From an uncultured Gracilibacteraceae bacterium (GTDB taxonomy: Bacteria; Bacillota; Desulfitobacteriia; Desulfitobacteriales; Syntrophobotulaceae), in assembly GCA_964477085.1 (NCBI GenBank), contig CAYZDF010000005.1, positions 1,233-65,232 on the forward strand: a stretch of 64,000 bases of DNA, written 5' to 3'. The position numbers and the translations under genes were made by a program. Below the pieces are notes generated by a model. It searched no databases and had not been told where the DNA came from. It saw only the letters and a list, made by a program, of their open reading frames with translations. Positions 37,036-46,412 of the stretch are shown piece after piece. Every line of letters starts with the position of its first letter. The first letter of the stretch is position 1.

Positions 37036-37617
37036 TCACCCTAGCCTTCGCATGATGTAGTCATCGTCTATGGCCGGAGTGGCATAAGCCTTCTTGGCCA
37101 TCATGTGTCTGGTGACATAGTCGTCTATGGGTTCTAATGGTGGTAGGCTGAAATCGTTGGCAGGAAGAATGTCTTCCTGCTTACGCCGGGATTCATTATT
37201 TACTACTACAGGCTGCCACTGCTTAAATACTAGGGTAGCTATGATAGTATCGTTCTTGTTATCCTCCCTGGAATTAAGGGTCTCAAAGATTATCTTCTTG
37301 ATATTCCAGATTGCAGTATGCTTGTTTACTATGTCATATACATATGGTTTGGCACTTTTATCTACGTTGTAGAGAATTGTGACAATCTGTTTGAGCTTAT
37401 CGTAGCAAGTGTCTGTCTCATCTGTTGGCAGCTCTATGGTTAAATTGATGATTGCATCCTTAAAACCATTTGGCTGTTTGGAAGTGCCGGACGTTCCCTC
37501 TATAGGGACTTCATCAGTCTTAATGCCGCTTTCAATTTCTAATTCTTGAAAGTTTCCAGGAAGAAGGATATTACCCAGTTTCACCTGGCCGAATTCATCT
37601 GTTATGATCTGTCTCAT
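37036..37617 (-). CDS. Tail protein following the tape measure (Mu gp43 / XkdP position)
   Basis: 193 aa. ATGA overlap with the TMP stop. Position only. Confidence 0.45.
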   Translation of the reverse strand: MRQIITDEFGQVKLGNILLPGNFQELEIESGIKTDEVPIEGTSGTSKQPNGFKDAIINLTIELPTDETDTCYDKLKQIVTILYNVDKSAKPYVYDIVNKHTAIWNIKKIIFETLNSREDNKNDTIIATLVFKQWQPVVVNNESRRKQEDILPANDFSLPPLEPIDDYVTRHMMAKKAYATPAIDDDYIMRRLG

Positions 37618-39731
37618 TCTTCGTCAGACACCTCCTCGGCCATCTTGGTTAAGATACTGATAAGTTGACTCTCACTGTCCACACGTTCCACCTGAAGTAC
37701 AAGCTTCTGGATGATGATTGGTCTACCTCCACCCTTTAAGTACTCAGATAGGTTCACTCTGGATTTTTGAGGAACCACACCTACCCCGGCCAGTGCCATA
37801 GGGGTGTCTTCCATACTTGACCATAGCATATTTTGTAGACCAGGTAGCCCCGTTTGCATTCCTGCACGCCATGTTTCTATGAAAGCACGTCCGCTCTTTG
37901 TTAAGCTTGATAACGGTCCTTCTTTGGCATCCGAAAAGGGAAGAAGATTACGGACTTTCTGTAGTCCTGATGTCACTAAAGCTACCGGTTGGTTGATGAG
38001 AGACTTGATACCGTCACCAAATGCTGTGATGAGACCACGTCCAGATTCAAAGAAGGCGTTCTTCTTTTCATCTATCCAAGCAATGACACCATTGATCTTT
38101 TCTCCGATGAAATCCAGTGCAGACCCTCCTGCAGTTTTGACTTTGTCCCAGTTCTTCCAGAGGAGATATACAGCTCCGGTAAGTAATAGGATTACCCCCA
38201 GCACTATACCTGCAGGACTCATTATGAAACCAATAAGGGCAGGCCCAAAGGACACTATTCGAGCGATAATGATGGGGATGAATCGTCCGAACCGGAGAAA
38301 GTATCCGAAGAATGTTCGGAGATGTTTTCCTCCTCCTAAAAATACTACTTTAAATAGTCCTAATAGCTTCTTTAAAGATGCCATCATCTTAAATCCATGT
38401 TTTTCTGAGCCGCCAAAAAACTTACGGATCATTCCATACCCTTTAAGGCTATAGCCGGATAGCATGAAGAACATTGCTAAGACCGTTAAGATAGGTGCTG
38501 CAATGCTTAAGATAGCTGCACCGATAGCAAAGAGGATAACTGCAGTTTTAGCTATACCGGGATGTGCAGTTACAAATCCTGTGAATCCTTGAATTGCAGA
38601 TCTTGTCAAAGGAATAAGCTCACGCAGGGTTGGTATAAGAGCTTCGCCAGCTTCTCGTTTGAGGTTCCGAAGATTATTAGTAGTATTGATTAGTTCGTTT
38701 GTATCTGAGCTTTCAATAATTGCCTGAGTCTTAGCTGTAGCTCCGTGGGAATATTGGATTTTCTTAAGATTCTCATGCATACCATTCGTTTGAGAGTTTA
38801 ATAACAGAATTGCTCTTAACCCTTCATCTCCAAATGCCTTTTGAAGTGCCATCTGTACTTCCGGAGAAGCTTTGGAGATGTCGCCATATTTTGCACGGAT
38901 GTTTTCTAGTGTCCCGATAAAACTCATACCGCCATCGGCATTGCGGGCGATGGTAAAACCAAGCTCCTGGGACGCTTTATTCATTTGTCGTATAGTTGCA
39001 CTGAAGGCTGTCCCTGCCATGCCACCTTGAAGACCGGCATTATTTAACTGGCCAATAACCATATTAAGTTCAGCAAATTCCATTCTGGCCTGAATAGCTG
39101 CAGGAGTACCGTACTTGAGTCCTTCTGCCAGTTGATTCAGATCCTTGAACTGAAACGTCTGCTGAGTGACTGTAAGTATATCCCCAAGTCTAGACATCTC
39201 CGTCTGTACGTCCCGGCTTTTATTACCCATGTTGTTATAACTTGTAGCAAGAAGATTAGCAGCTGATGAATGTTCTCCAAAGGTTGCCGTGGCAACAGCA
39301 AGAGCTGTTTGGGTACCGTAAATGGTTTGGATATCATTAAGCCCAGCTGAAGCCATCATGTAACTTGTGCCGATAAAGGTCTCCGCATTTTCCTTATGAA
39401 CTTTTTCCCATTCCGTAGCAGCATTCTTGGTCAAATCCATGGATTTTGCCATATTATTCATAGTAGAGGTAGTTACTGTTGATAAATTATTTAAAACATC
39501 GTTAGTACTCATGACGGGTTCCGTAATCTTGGACAGGGCACCCCGCATCTGGCTGGCTGCACCTGAGACCATAGCTCCAGAGACGGCCATCTTGTTGCCG
39601 TAGTCAATCATGCTTTGAGATTTTTTCATGGTATTTTCTAGATCAGTAACATTCTTCATGAAATCCTTAGTAGGACCAGTTGCCTGGTCGATTACTGAGA
39701 ATATTACTGCTAGTTCAAATAGTGAATTCAT
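37614..39731 (-). CDS. Tail tape measure protein
   Basis: Long alpha-helical protein with a hydrophobic central block. Start set at MNSLFELAVIFSVIDQATGPT (RBS AAGGTGG) rather than the track start 39971, whose 80-aa extension is antisense to a well-signalled plus-strand ORF. Confidence 0.75.
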   Translation of the reverse strand: MNSLFELAVIFSVIDQATGPTKDFMKNVTDLENTMKKSQSMIDYGNKMAVSGAMVSGAASQMRGALSKITEPVMSTNDVLNNLSTVTTSTMNNMAKSMDLTKNAATEWEKVHKENAETFIGTSYMMASAGLNDIQTIYGTQTALAVATATFGEHSSAANLLATSYNNMGNKSRDVQTEMSRLGDILTVTQQTFQFKDLNQLAEGLKYGTPAAIQARMEFAELNMVIGQLNNAGLQGGMAGTAFSATIRQMNKASQELGFTIARNADGGMSFIGTLENIRAKYGDISKASPEVQMALQKAFGDEGLRAILLLNSQTNGMHENLKKIQYSHGATAKTQAIIESSDTNELINTTNNLRNLKREAGEALIPTLRELIPLTRSAIQGFTGFVTAHPGIAKTAVILFAIGAAILSIAAPILTVLAMFFMLSGYSLKGYGMIRKFFGGSEKHGFKMMASLKKLLGLFKVVFLGGGKHLRTFFGYFLRFGRFIPIIIARIVSFGPALIGFIMSPAGIVLGVILLLTGAVYLLWKNWDKVKTAGGSALDFIGEKINGVIAWIDEKKNAFFESGRGLITAFGDGIKSLINQPVALVTSGLQKVRNLLPFSDAKEGPLSSLTKSGRAFIETWRAGMQTGLPGLQNMLWSSMEDTPMALAGVGVVPQKSRVNLSEYLKGGGRPIIIQKLVLQVERVDSESQLISILTKMAEEVSDEE

Positions 39732-39732
39732 A

Positions 39733-39759
39733 TTGACCGCCGCCACCTTATGGTATATT
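39733..39759 (+). promoter_or_regulatory. Candidate sigma-A promoter for the antisense small ORF
   Basis: TTGACC - 15 nt - TGgTATATT (extended -10). Confidence 0.35.
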
Positions 39760-39794
39760 CTGTAATTATGGATAAATAAAGGAGGTAATACTTT

Positions 39795-39980
39795 ATGGTC
39801 TGGGGATTTCTTGCTACTTTCTTCTTCTTTGCTGGAATCGGAGCTGTAGCTGGCATAATATATGGGACATATAAAGGCTTTCCATTGGTGATTGATGGAG
39901 TGAAAGGTTTTCTTAGAGCCTGTAAAGAAGGTTGGAACAGCGTTGACTGGGATGGTAACCCCAAGGATCATAACTCTTAA
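39795..39980 (+). CDS. Small single-TM membrane protein encoded antisense to the tail operon (moron candidate)
   Basis: AAAGGAGG lies 9 nt before the ATG. MVWGFLATFFFFAGIGAVAGIIYGTY (TM) + KGFPLVIDGVKGFLRACKEGWNSVDWDGNPKDHNS. Confidence 0.5.
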   Translation: MVWGFLATFFFFAGIGAVAGIIYGTYKGFPLVIDGVKGFLRACKEGWNSVDWDGNPKDHNS

Positions 39981-40590
39981 TTTCCAAACAATAAGCCTAC
40001 ACCTTTGTTGATTGCATGAGTCATTGCTTCAGTCTGACGTTTCTCCAGGTAGAGTGCTTTTGCAGCATAAGTTGCGAATTCTTCCTCATCAAGTTCCTCG
40101 ATTTCGGTCTCCGTTAAATCAAAATACTGCCCAATGAGTAATTCCGTCTGAAGGATCAAGGATGTTTCCAGGTCCTCCAGACGGTTTTGTATTTTGTCAC
40201 TTAGACCTTGGAGGTTAAAAAATCCTGACTGACTCCGATTACCTTATTGAGTTCGTTCCCTACAGCCACCACCAGACCGGGCTTTTCTTCAAAGAGTTTG
40301 TTGCGGACTTCAGGGGCAGGGTAGAGAGCCAGATCGTCAACCATGGTCCTCATAGCCTTATAGGCATCTTTCATAGATTCTTTAATGAACCTAGAAAAGT
40401 GTTGACGCTGCGGCTTCTTGAAATAGAATACCAGCTGGGCTTCATCATCCTCGGGTTCGTTTTTAATCAGGATGACATCTCCATATTGCTTTTTCCAATC
40501 TTCGACCTGCTGGTTCATAGCTACTGGGGAGTTGGCAGCCGCATTGGATGTTGCTGACTTATCTAGGGTGTATTCTACTTTATTGTCCAT
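39977..40590 (-). CDS. Tail assembly chaperone, -1 frameshift fusion product (gpGT-like)
   Basis: T_TTT_TTA (40222-40216) in the zero frame GAT TTT TTA. The -1 frame is open from there to 39977 and contains track ORF 39977..40159. Confidence 0.6.
40201..40590 (-). CDS. Tail assembly chaperone (gpG-like, zero-frame product)
   Basis: 129 aa between tube and tape measure. RBS AGGAGG. Contains a slippery heptamer near its 3' end. Confidence 0.65.
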   Translation of the reverse strand: MDNKVEYTLDKSATSNAAANSPVAMNQQVEDWKKQYGDVILIKNEPEDDEAQLVFYFKKPQRQHFSRFIKESMKDAYKAMRTMVDDLALYPAPEVRNKLFEEKPGLVVAVGNELNKVIGVSQDFLTSKV

Positions 40591-40660
40591 ACTGGATACC
40601 TCCTGTGGATATTGTTAATAAACTGTAAATAACTTAAAAGTAATGATAAAAGTAATTACT

Positions 40661-41089
40661 TTATGGTTCGATGCCGTTCCAGGCTATACCACCGGCAATG
40701 AGTATGTCTAAATCTATCGTCACACTTTTGTCGTTCTGGCTGTTAGATGCTGCCGTCTTGGTAAACTTAACATTTTTGAGAATGTCAGTTACAGTCGGCT
40801 GATCTTCGTTGGCATAGCTTACTGTGATAGGGACCGGGGGAAGCGAATACAAGTTCCTTTTTGCTCTCTGGCAATACTCAAGAAGTTTGTTGAATTCTTC
40901 TCTCTGAAGGGTGACTTTGCCTTCGGACTTATAGTTACCAGCTCCATATCCGGTTGGCTTAGATCCTTTCCCATATTGCAGTTCGGTTTCCTTCTCATCG
41001 GAATACTCTACGCTCTCGTAATTGATTAGCATTCCATGAGGAAAATTACAGGAAATGTCTTCCCAACTGTAACTTTTTCCATTGATCAT
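40661..41089 (-). CDS. Tail tube protein
   Basis: 142 aa immediately after the sheath gene. RBS GAGGTGA. Position and size. Confidence 0.6.
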   Translation of the reverse strand: MINGKSYSWEDISCNFPHGMLINYESVEYSDEKETELQYGKGSKPTGYGAGNYKSEGKVTLQREEFNKLLEYCQRAKRNLYSLPPVPITVSYANEDQPTVTDILKNVKFTKTAASNSQNDKSVTIDLDILIAGGIAWNGIEP

Positions 41090-41129
41090 CTTGTTTTCAC
41101 CTCTTTCTACTAAGGTTGTTAAGGGTTAT

Positions 41130-42533
41130 CTATGCGGATAGGAGAGGATTCTCGAAGCCAACTTCAAGTTCAATCTCTCTCATAATACCGATAGGAACGA
41201 TCCGAATCTTAACAAATAGCTTGCTGGTAGAGAGAATGTCTTGGCCGTCCGGAATTACAATCCTGCCTGACTGGATATCCTGAGCACCGGCCATATCATC
41301 AACTTCTTGCTGCAGGCTTGCTTTCAGATGTTCGAGATCTCCATCGGCTTCAGCATGTTTATACTGGAGAGCTGCCAGGCGAACTAGACGACAAGCTTTA
41401 TCCATTACACGTCGCAACTCTACATACTGGAAGTCACTGCCTACGGGAGCCATTATTCTACCTTCAGTAACATAGATTCCTTCGACACCTTCATATTCTC
41501 TGAAGGTGATAAACCCTGCGTCAGTAAGGTCTTTAATTTGTTCCTCTGTCAGCCCTAAAGGATTGATACTGACAACATTAAACAGTTGACCGTCACGTAC
41601 CCTAGCCGGAGAACGCTTAACCGGAATAGAGCTGACACGACCGGAATAGACTCCTGCTCCGTTACGGTTGATGATTCTGCCGGTGTTACTTTCTCTGATC
41701 TCTGACCAAGCCGCACTGACAGCTACTCTAGTGCTGGAGAACCCTGCTGCTTCTGTGACTAGAGCCTGCACCCAGGCTGATATTGCTTGACCGTCTGCAG
41801 GTCCTACAGCTTCGCACAGTACATGGGTATACTTGTACTTTTCAGTGGCTGCGGTATCCATCAGCGTGGATAGAGCTTCCCATACTGAGCTATCTGCAGA
41901 TCCGACAACATGGATGTACTCGACAAAAGTCTTGCTGTTAAGGCTGACTTCGATAGCAGCTGTAATACTGGTGATACTAGCTCCGGGAGCAGTGCTCTTG
42001 AAACTATAGATATCTCCGTCCTTGAAGCTGTCAGCCGGGGTGGTATGCTCCACAAAGGTCAAAGTGATTCCGGTATCAGGTATAACATAGGTACCGGCTG
42101 ATGGAGTTGTGATCACTTCCGACCAGGTATCACTTCCGTCCAGAGAGTATCTGAAGGCTGCAGTGTTTAAAGCTCCATCTTTGACTAACTCAATCACTAC
42201 TTCATAGGCATCAAGCGGAGTGCCTGCTGCTGTGATATTTCCCTGGCCAGTCTTGGTGGCCGTTATATCTCCGATAGTTGCAGCGACATCGGATTCTGCT
42301 TTCACTGCATAGAGCTTTCTGGCACCTGCATTAAACGCATCATACAACGCATTGGCCAGTGGTCCTGTTCCAAACGATCCAGCAATCTGATCAGGAGAAG
42401 TTAAGTAAATCATTTCTCCTACTGTCCCCAGGGAACATGCACCCACTTTAACGTGAGGTATAGTCTGGTCAGGAGAGACCAGGCCGAGCCCACCGTCTTT
42501 AACTGTTACATTGACATTAGAGAGCACGCTCAC
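41130..42533 (-). CDS. Contractile tail sheath protein
   Basis: 467 aa. GTG start with RBS GGGGGA. Position upstream of tube/chaperone/TMP. Confidence 0.65.
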   Translation of the reverse strand: MSVLSNVNVTVKDGGLGLVSPDQTIPHVKVGACSLGTVGEMIYLTSPDQIAGSFGTGPLANALYDAFNAGARKLYAVKAESDVAATIGDITATKTGQGNITAAGTPLDAYEVVIELVKDGALNTAAFRYSLDGSDTWSEVITTPSAGTYVIPDTGITLTFVEHTTPADSFKDGDIYSFKSTAPGASITSITAAIEVSLNSKTFVEYIHVVGSADSSVWEALSTLMDTAATEKYKYTHVLCEAVGPADGQAISAWVQALVTEAAGFSSTRVAVSAAWSEIRESNTGRIINRNGAGVYSGRVSSIPVKRSPARVRDGQLFNVVSINPLGLTEEQIKDLTDAGFITFREYEGVEGIYVTEGRIMAPVGSDFQYVELRRVMDKACRLVRLAALQYKHAEADGDLEHLKASLQQEVDDMAGAQDIQSGRIVIPDGQDILSTSKLFVKIRIVPIGIMREIELEVGFENPLLSA

Positions 42534-42754
42534 TTGTTATCCCCCTTTCTGGTCATCGGACCTTTCTTCCAAGCATCTACTTTTTGTAGGAATTCTTTTT
42601 CTGACATCCTTTTACCTAATCCCCAGCCATAGAACCTTTTTGTTCCGGCCATGACCCAAGAGGGAATCAGGTGCTTAATTGCTAGTTCTTCGATAGTCGG
42701 ATCCAATGCAGCCTGATTGGTTTTTGTTGCATTGGTCTCCTTATTCGTTGTCAT
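42530..42754 (-). CDS. Hypothetical 74-aa phage protein
   Basis: Overlaps both neighbours in operon fashion. No family recognised. Confidence 0.45.
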   Translation of the reverse strand: MTTNKETNATKTNQAALDPTIEELAIKHLIPSWVMAGTKRFYGWGLGKRMSEKEFLQKVDAWKKGPMTRKGDNK

Positions 42755-43262
42755 CGGTCACACCTCCAATTTCGGTTTCGATTTCCAACGCTGTTTCCAG
42801 GGGTATAAGAGTGATTTCTTTGTCTTTATATACCCCGCCAGTGAATACTATAGGTAATTCAATACCTGTACGTTGATTGAGTAAACTTTTGTCTTCTAAC
42901 CACTGGGGATTGCCCCCAGTAATCTCGATAGGGTTCTGATCAGTGTCTTTGATGTAAGTACCTAAGCCAGAAAGAAAGTTCATGAGATGAGTATTTACTA
43001 GGTTTCGATTCTTGTCTGCTAGAAGAATAATCAGAGGGATCTCAAGTTTATATAACCGGTACCGGTAAGTTCTTTTCATGGTCTCAAGGTCATCTTCGAC
43101 ACCTACACGTATGCCGTCTTTGGTAAGCCGTGCTTCATTTATAGCCAAGCCAGCAAACCTAGAACCCTTGAACTTATCGATCTCTTCTTCTTGAGTTAAG
43201 ATCTCTTTAAATCCGATACCTTCGAGTACAGTTTCTAAGTGCTGTATACAGACATTTATCAT
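42741..43262 (-). CDS. Head-tail joining / tail completion candidate (Mu gp37/38 position)
   Basis: 173 aa. ATGA overlap with the upstream gene. Position only. Confidence 0.4.
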   Translation of the reverse strand: MINVCIQHLETVLEGIGFKEILTQEEEIDKFKGSRFAGLAINEARLTKDGIRVGVEDDLETMKRTYRYRLYKLEIPLIILLADKNRNLVNTHLMNFLSGLGTYIKDTDQNPIEITGGNPQWLEDKSLLNQRTGIELPIVFTGGVYKDKEITLIPLETALEIETEIGGVTDDNE

Positions 43263-43741
43263 TTTAGAATCCTCTCAACTTCATCTTGAATTATTTCCCT
43301 GACATCCTCACGGTCATCGTCATTGATCCCCATGAAAGGCCTGGCTGGTATTACTACTTTTTTCACTGACCTCCAAGAGCCACCTACTTTAAACTTTAAA
43401 AAGTTTTTCCGCTTGGGTTTGATTGTCATACCTTCTTGGTGGGTTGATGCGTATTTGACGTTTGTTCCTATTTCGACTTTGTCAGCTGCTGCCTTATACG
43501 TTATTGAGTTGTATAGTCTACGGGTGAGCATTAATGTCTTTCCCTGGCGTTCTACTTTTGCTCGGATTGATTTGACCCAAGGTCGGTTATCTGGTCCACG
43601 TTGCTTTTTGAACCTGTCTTTCGTGTTGTTGACTATCTGTTCACCGATGTTTTGATGTAGTTGGGTGAAGCTTATTCTGTAGAATTTTTTCAGATTGTCC
43701 CCTAACCTGGACCAGTCTCCGACCATTTTTATTCCGCTCAT
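43259..43741 (-). CDS. Phage virion morphogenesis protein (Mu gpG-like)
   Basis: ...RFKKQRGPDNRPW...LTRRLYNSITYKA..VEIGTNVKYASTHQEG...IPARPFMGI pattern is typical of the Mu G / tail-S family. Confidence 0.65.
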   Translation of the reverse strand: MSGIKMVGDWSRLGDNLKKFYRISFTQLHQNIGEQIVNNTKDRFKKQRGPDNRPWVKSIRAKVERQGKTLMLTRRLYNSITYKAAADKVEIGTNVKYASTHQEGMTIKPKRKNFLKFKVGGSWRSVKKVVIPARPFMGINDDDREDVREIIQDEVERILK

Positions 43742-44175
43742 CAGTAATCCCTCAGTTTATCCCTGGAAAATATCCTGTCTGGCCCCGTAAAATGTGCTGT
43801 CTGCTCCGGGGCGACGGTCTGATCGGGAGCAGGCCCTAATGTGACTAGACCCTTAGATATGTTTTCCAGGAATTTTATTACGTCTTTGCGATCCTGGATA
43901 ATGATGGCATCCTGATTGTTATCTGGATTCAGTCCCCTGCGGGTAAATAACATATAGGTGACAAGTGTAATGCTAACCTTGCGAATAACTTTTGGTACTG
44001 GGCTAAAAGGAAGGGTGTATCTTGATTGACAGTAAGCATCTATTTCACCTGCAGCTTCCTCGATAGCCTCAGTTACTTTGGTCTCATCTACTTCATCCGT
44101 GTCGTTATCATCGGTGAGATGTATAAGAACGTTTTCAGATAGCCGGTCTTTGATATCCTGAACTGTGCAGTACAT
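43741..44175 (-). CDS. Mu gp36-like protein (DUF1320)
   Basis: MYCTVQDIKDRLSENVLIHLTDDN... is a typical DUF1320 N-terminus. Position after the major head gene. Confidence 0.6.
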   Translation of the reverse strand: MYCTVQDIKDRLSENVLIHLTDDNDTDEVDETKVTEAIEEAAGEIDAYCQSRYTLPFSPVPKVIRKVSITLVTYMLFTRRGLNPDNNQDAIIIQDRKDVIKFLENISKGLVTLGPAPDQTVAPEQTAHFTGPDRIFSRDKLRDY

Positions 44176-44693
44176 TACTGATCAGCTCCGGTTTGATCAT
44201 CCTGGGACGCACTTTGCTGATTACCATCGTCAGGCGAACCTTGTTTACTTTCTTTTCCAGATGAGTTCAATTGATCAGTATTTTCCGGATTAGGATTCTC
44301 AGTTTTTTTTGCGAAAACCGGCTCGGAAGCTATGAGGTCAACTAAATCTGTTTTCTTGATATTGGATTTGAATTCCAGATTCATGTCTTTAGCCAGTTGC
44401 TTCAGCACAGGATAGTCCATGGTTTCCAACTGAGCCGGATCGAGTTTTCCTTCGAGCAGATTACTTCCACTTTCAGTGGACGCTTTCTTTTTGGAATCTT
44501 CCTTCTGACTCTTCTTGGAAGTCTCCTTATCACCAATGTCCATGGTTACCAGCACTATGAGCATCGGTTCTTCCATGAGCATCTTCAGTTCTTTATCGGT
44601 AAATCTCTTATCCGGATATTCTACCGGACCGGCGGGGTGGGCTATCCCACACCGCCTGAATCCCGGCTTTTTACAGGTTATAATAATCGGCAT
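44175..44693 (-). CDS. FluMu HI1506-like N-terminal domain protein with SAP/Rho-N-like motif and acidic tail
   Basis: MPIIITCKKPGFRRCGIAHPAGPVEYP resembles the Mu-like prophage FluMu N-terminal domain. LKQLAKDMNLEFKSNIKKTDLVDLI is SAP/Rho_N-like. Confidence 0.5.
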   Translation of the reverse strand: MPIIITCKKPGFRRCGIAHPAGPVEYPDKRFTDKELKMLMEEPMLIVLVTMDIGDKETSKKSQKEDSKKKASTESGSNLLEGKLDPAQLETMDYPVLKQLAKDMNLEFKSNIKKTDLVDLIASEPVFAKKTENPNPENTDQLNSSGKESKQGSPDDGNQQSASQDDQTGADQ

Positions 44694-44730
44694 TCGTATC
44701 CATCCTCTCTTTTAATAATACGGTTTAGAA

Positions 44731-45627
44731 TTATTCGCCAGCGTTGGTGCCTGTAGATCCGTGTGCCAGCTGCCAGAGACCATAACCAGCGTTATATCTG
44801 GAATCCGAACCGTAAAGATACTGCTTGTTCATGAAGACGCTCTCATCTTCCGGATTATCTTTGGCAACAAATTCTGGTTTTTTCCGGTCTTGGAATATCA
44901 TCGGCATGATTGGCTTGGTGGTATCAAGTAGATGCCACTCAGTATCTGTCTTGAGATCAGGAATAACCAGAAGCTCAGCTGTCTTGTAGTAGATGTTATC
45001 TTCACCATTGGCTAGACGCTCTTTGAAAAGAATCTCCCGACCTTTATCCTCGTTGAGTGGTCCTACAACCAAAAGGTTAGGGTTAATCCTTAAAGATTTT
45101 CCATGTTCGTCTTTACGATTTTTCATGGCGGTTCTAGCTGAACCATAGGATGCGGGAGAAAGTGCCAGATCAGTAACGTTACTCACAGAGGTTTCATTAG
45201 GTCCTTCATGGTCATTGTCATAGAAGTACTGCCCGTCATAACACTCCGTGCTGAACCCATCACTTAAGAGTTCAAAAACAACCTCATCGGGATGGGCAGC
45301 CATTTGATTGCCCAACTCTTTAAACAGAGGGTTATAAACTCCAAGGGAATCGTCCTCAACGTCATCACGATCAACACCAATAGTCAGTTCCCAGGGTTTA
45401 TTTATAATGTTGTAACCTTTAGCAGAAAGGTTCTGAATCACCCTGGCTCCTATCCATTCCCTGACCCTGGGGAGTTTACCTAGCCAGCCGTAAGTCTGGG
45501 ATTTGGAAGTAGAAGGTACTACCATTGCTATCTTCTTATACTGGGGATCAGCCTTACCGAAAGCTTCCAAGGTCAGAGCCTTGAAGCTATTGTACATACC
45601 ACGAAGCACTTGGCCATTAATAATCAT
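44731..45627 (-). CDS. Major head subunit, Mu gpT-like
   Basis: 298 aa. MIINGQVLRGMYNSFKALTLEAFGKADPQYKKIAMVVPSTSKSQTYGWLGKLPRVREWIG matches the gpT family N-terminus. Confidence 0.8.
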   Translation of the reverse strand: MIINGQVLRGMYNSFKALTLEAFGKADPQYKKIAMVVPSTSKSQTYGWLGKLPRVREWIGARVIQNLSAKGYNIINKPWELTIGVDRDDVEDDSLGVYNPLFKELGNQMAAHPDEVVFELLSDGFSTECYDGQYFYDNDHEGPNETSVSNVTDLALSPASYGSARTAMKNRKDEHGKSLRINPNLLVVGPLNEDKGREILFKERLANGEDNIYYKTAELLVIPDLKTDTEWHLLDTTKPIMPMIFQDRKKPEFVAKDNPEDESVFMNKQYLYGSDSRYNAGYGLWQLAHGSTGTNAGE

Positions 45628-45693
45628 CTTTGATTCACTCCTTAATTTGAATTAGTTAATCTATTTGTTGAGTTATTAACAGATCTGTCAGGT

Positions 45694-46371
45694 TTATCCT
45701 ACGAGTCTGCCAACTTTAAGACTGGCGATGAGTTCGTTGAGTGTGGTTTTATTGGCATTGGCAAGTGTAACGACTGCGTCAAATTCTATCTTATTAGGTG
45801 CATCGGTAACCAAGGCCTTCAGCTCATTAACCAAAGTTACAACTGCGGCAAACTCTTCAGCTGTCGGTGCAGCACCTGCTGCTTCAGCTGCATCTGCCGC
45901 TACGACTTTACCTTCTGCAGCAGCTTCAGCAGCCGCTGCATCTACTGCAGCTATAGTACCGGATACAAAACAGTAGAAGGTATCTACCCATACAGCGGTA
46001 GCAGAGATTACTTCACGGATTACTCCGCAAGCAATAGAATTGGTGGTACTTAAAGCAACTGTTTGATCATCAGAAATAAATACCGGTTTACCGATATCAG
46101 CTTGGGTGATGTTGGCCGCTCCGAGAGATACAATAACTGGCTGCTCAACAACAATTGATAGTTCTCCATCGAGGCCAGCACTGTTATCGATATACTCCTG
46201 GGCAATTCCTGCGAACTTATAACCTGCAACATTTGCTCCAGGAACTGCGTATCCTGCAGCATTAGTACAAACTTGACTTCCTGCAAAGATTTTGACTCCT
46301 TCTGCTACCGGTATTGATTTTTGATAACCAGCTCTTTTAGGAGTGTTCCTGTCTTTCGTAAGTGCTGTCAT
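45694..46371 (-). CDS. Head decoration-like protein (DUF2190-like N-domain) with Ala-rich repeat C-terminus
   Basis: Sits between protease/scaffold and major head. The N-terminal roughly 110 aa resemble DUF2190. The C-terminus is AAVDAAAAEAAAEGKVVAADAAEAAGAA plus duplicated EF.AVVTL.N motifs. Confidence 0.5.
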   Translation of the reverse strand: MTALTKDRNTPKRAGYQKSIPVAEGVKIFAGSQVCTNAAGYAVPGANVAGYKFAGIAQEYIDNSAGLDGELSIVVEQPVIVSLGAANITQADIGKPVFISDDQTVALSTTNSIACGVIREVISATAVWVDTFYCFVSGTIAAVDAAAAEAAAEGKVVAADAAEAAGAAPTAEEFAAVVTLVNELKALVTDAPNKIEFDAVVTLANANKTTLNELIASLKVGRLVG

Positions 46372-46412
46372 ATGATTTTCCTCCTTATCTTTCTAAGCCT
46401 AAAATGTTTTAT

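Noticed and set aside
37804-38454. 216-aa plus-strand ORF inside the tape measure gene
   Set aside because: It is a typical long antisense shadow in a compositionally biased gene, with Pro/Arg/Ser-rich junk translation and no RBS.
39732-39971. 80-aa N-terminal extension of the tape measure ORF (track start 39971)
   Set aside because: Its RBS is weak and its sequence atypical (HSINHQWKAFICPIYYASYSS). A better RBS and a typical tape-measure N-terminus occur at 39731, and the region carries a strongly signalled ORF on the other strand. Not fully excluded.
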